Source: Macrostomum lignano (lineage: Eukaryota). From it: DNA of 64,000 nucleotides. Position numbers and translations under genes: made by a program. The stretch lies in the NCBI GenBank assembly GCA_002269645.1, contig NIVC01002313.1, forward strand, positions 120,753 to 184,752. Direction: 5' to 3'. Under the pieces are notes generated by a model. It was not told where the DNA came from and did no database searches. It saw nothing but the letters and a program-made list of their open reading frames with translations. Positions 60,501 through 64,000 of the stretch are shown piece by piece. How positions within the stretch are numbered: position 1 is the first letter of the stretch; each line of letters begins with the position of its first letter.

Positions 60501-63500
60501 AATTTGCAAAGGCCTCAAATCTTAGTTTAACATGCATTACTCCCATCTTTGCCTTTTTCCTAATTGCTAACAAGTTTTTGTTTGAGCATGACTTCAAATT
60601 TAGAATCTATGCAAAAATAGTTCCGGGAATTAGAATTCAGTGGTTTAAAAATCTGTGGGTTTTCACAGCTTGTATCTCTACTGGATTCGTATTCTGCATC
60701 TGATGAGCCATCTGAATCAGGGCTCTCATCTTCCATGCCAAATCGTCTAGCAAATCGTTCTTGAGCTATAGGTCACACTGTATTCACTTCACTTACTTCT
60801 GGACATTCATGAATCATGACTTTTTAGTATGCTCACTACACTGTACTGACAATTTACTAATTGCTTCATGCCGCCACTAGATGACATACTGATTAGCTGT
60901 TATAAAAACGCGGAATCTGCACGCAGCACTAATTAGCTGGCGAGGCATTTAGCTTTAAGAATATGGTCATAGTTACTCCTGCCGTTTACCTAAAGTTTTT
61001 GCTTGGCTCTTTCATAGGTAAGTCGCATTTTTTATCAAAAACTAAGTCGCACGGCCAGCGTAATTTCAGAAGTTGCGCATGTATGTCAACGTCATTTGAC
61101 TCGGTGGTACGAATTCAAATGTTAAAATAATTTACCGAACGGAAGTGTAGGATTGCCTTTAAAACAATGTCAATGATATTTTTAGTCAATGTAGGCCTAT
61201 ATAAAGTGGGGGTGGAGTAAAAAAAAAATTGGTATTGGTATTTGATTTGAAATTTGGTTCTTGGGTTTTCTTTGAAAGCCAGTTGGTATTGCATTTGCAC
61301 AAATAAATCCAGAAAATTGCACAGACAAATCACAACAAATTACTGAATTAACAAATCTTCTGTTTTACTCCGACAGCTGGGTTTTCAAGTCTAGGGGGAG
61401 AGTAGTCGTAATTGTAATGGAGTGGTTGTAAAAGCAGCATGGTTGTTCAGTAGATGATGAGCACCGGAAATCCTGACACTGTGAATTAGGCTACTGTGTC
61501 AATTTGCTAAGCTTGTTACTTTCAGTAGGGTAGTTGCTGCTACAACCATAAATTATGTATTATAGAACGAATAAGTCTCAGAGTTTTCTTTGAGATGAGA
61601 TCTTTGGTTATTTTATGTCCTATAGAAGTTTATTAGGTATTGTTTATTAGTGAATCAGCAGGCTTATTAAAAAAAATTAATAATGCTTTTACTAAATAAA
61701 CTTATTGCTACAGATTATGTTTAAAACAAAGATGATATTTGCGGGCGCCAGTGCGGAAAGGCTAGTTAAAAGTAAAGTTGAACTAAACTGGCAATACGCA
61801 GAACAAAACAAGGGAACAAAACAAAAAACAGGAAAACAGAAACCACAGGAAAAGAAAAAAACTAACATTAGGCGGCACATCATAGGCTATATAAGTATTA
61901 ATAAGGGAGGTCGCAGTCAACGAGTGGGGCAGTTGCTGGTCACACCAACGGACCAAAAGTCCCGGGTGTGGATACTACGGATAGAACGGCTTACTAACAT
62001 GCAAAAATGAAAAATAAAACAAAATTTTGAACAAAATTCTAGCGGGGGGGGGGGAAACTGCTTTTCCATAGAATGGGATAACAAAAAAACATTTGCTAGA
62101 CCTCCAATTGACAGAAAAATGACAAAAAATAATCAGCAAGTGGACAAGAAAGTTAATGTTTGTAGCAGTGTAAAAGGGTTATTAAAATGAATGGTTATTT
62201 AAAATTCAAAACTAAACTAGTGGCACCCAATTGCCACATGCGTGGGGTAGCCGGCAGTTGAAAAACTTTTAGCAGCAGCCGCTGCCTCCTTGTCCTTGGT
62301 GTCCGTGGCTGGCTGCTCGGCCACCTTGTTGCCCCGGGCCAGGTTCTTGGGGTTGGTGGTTCTTGAAATCCGGGTTGGTCACTGGCCAAGCTGGCAATTC
62401 AGGCATTTTTGCAAAAGTATTCAATTTGGGGGTAATGCCTCCCCTGTGAGTTGGGTGCTCAAATATTTGCAGATTACACTACAGCAGGGTCTAATCTGCT
62501 GGCCGTGAGTGTAGTTTTGCAGCCTCTTACCAATGAGTGTGGCTGTGGATTTTAGGGCCTGCATGATGTCATGAGCCGGGAACTGCCAGGCAAGGCTGCT
62601 CCAGTTTTGACAGTTGTTTGCAGCTTTAGATCCTAGGCCGCTCGCTATCTCCTAGTATAGTAACTCTACCAATTGTTGCGTGGGCTCTAAGGCGGCTGCG
62701 GCCAGGGCCTCTGAGTTGTTGAGCTAGGCATCTGGCCATCTCTGGCTGGTGTCGTCATGCCAGTCAGCCAGTGGCAAAGGTGGCATCAAGTAGTCTAGCT
62801 CCAAGAGCCGCACAATATCATCGAGCTCGTTATGCATGGGGTGACAGCACAGCACGAACCCGGTCAAGCAAGGGTCTGGCCATGGGTCTGGGCTTGGATT
62901 TGGCCCCATTGGAACTCCATCTTCCTCAAGTAGCTTGAGTAGCGGTTGCTGTCTAGGTGGAGCTTTGCCTCCCCACATTGGGTCGTCGTACATGATAGAG
63001 ACAGATGATATTCGAGGAAGCAAAAGGGGAATAAATATGGTAAGCAAAAATATAAGATATGTATAGGAACAATATGAAATTGTACAAAATTGGCTGGCAG
63101 AATATAGTAATTGATAACAATGAGCGCAAGTAATAATTACAATGAGAAAAATCAGTCCAAGCCAAGTCGCGGTTTAAATACTCCAAAGGTTGTCCACTGG
63201 ATGGACAAAGGGGAGGGGTCCAACCAAAGGAACTAGCCACCACTTGTATGCACTCTAAGGTGGGTACGCACAGGGATATGGTGGATAAATGAAACAAAAA
63301 AGCAATAAAACAGATAACCATGCAGCAAGGGGGTCCAAAATCAAATGAAATGAATGGGGTGCCTGAGCGGCTCACATAAGATGGGTTGGCAGTTAGAATA
63401 GCTGAATAGCGCGTAAACAGTAACTTGAAATAGATAGAAAATGTGGAAGCAATTGGCTAGCTCTTTCATACTAAGATAATATTGAATGAACAGTTTAGCG

Positions 63501-64000
63501 ACTGGGGCTCCATAAGGAGTTACAGGAGCAAGGGCACACAAAATGGCACTGGGAAAGGGAGCCTAAATTGGCTGCCCATAAAACATTCCTAGGCTTGAGC
63601 AAAATTCAACAAAGAGCAGGGGTCAAGTCATCTCAAATGCCCTCCGCTGAGGACAAGGTCTGGATCCAAGGCGCTTGACCTAAATAGGGCACAGACAGAT
63701 TGGCCCATAAATGGCGGGCTCATAAAATAGCAGAAAGAGGGAGGGACCTTCAGTTTTAATCAAACTGGAAGGTTTACAAGAGTGATTGCTTTTCTCCAGA
63801 AGCATAAGGAAAATGGGATACTTCTACACTTTGATTGCATGCTAAGAAGTTTACAGAGAAGGGGATGCACAAAATCATATGAAAATGTAAGATAATGGTT
63901 TTACCATATCGCATTTAATAAATATGGTTGCATTGATTAAATATTGTCACATTAGTGCATGCTTTTACTGCAAAGCATAAATATATAAACAATGCAAGGG

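Overview
Repeat-rich metazoan genomic DNA with GC-rich exons in an AT-rich background, GT-AG introns and about 18 unrelated tandem arrays. This architecture suggests a Macrostomum-like flatworm, but that is inference. Well-supported genes: an intronless noggin-like gene carrying a 65-aa basic insertion (330-1145, +); a 3-exon DAP/DAP1-family gene (19806-12717, -) that the ORF track only partly shows; and a 4-exon PPEF/rdgC EF-hand phosphatase (44185-32101, -). Moderately supported: a 129-aa TMEM263-like gene directly downstream of DAP in a possible operon or trans-splicing arrangement, and two orphan single-exon ORFs (97 aa and 196 aa). Weakly supported: a + strand gene or pseudogene running through a PNQSQDTV-type repeat array. 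Mobile DNA: a decayed Ngaro/DIRS-type tyrosine-recombinase retrotransposon, a Ty3/Gypsy RT remnant, a MULE fossil, two Tc1/mariner deletion derivatives, two related hAT-type non-autonomous elements, two CORE-like SINE copies, another tRNA-derived SINE with a 14-bp TSD, and MITE-like palindromes. PPEF intron 3 holds a ~3-kb tandem duplication with interstitial TTAGGG. No rRNA, bona fide tRNA or CRISPR array is supported. All homology calls come from motif recall, not database searches.
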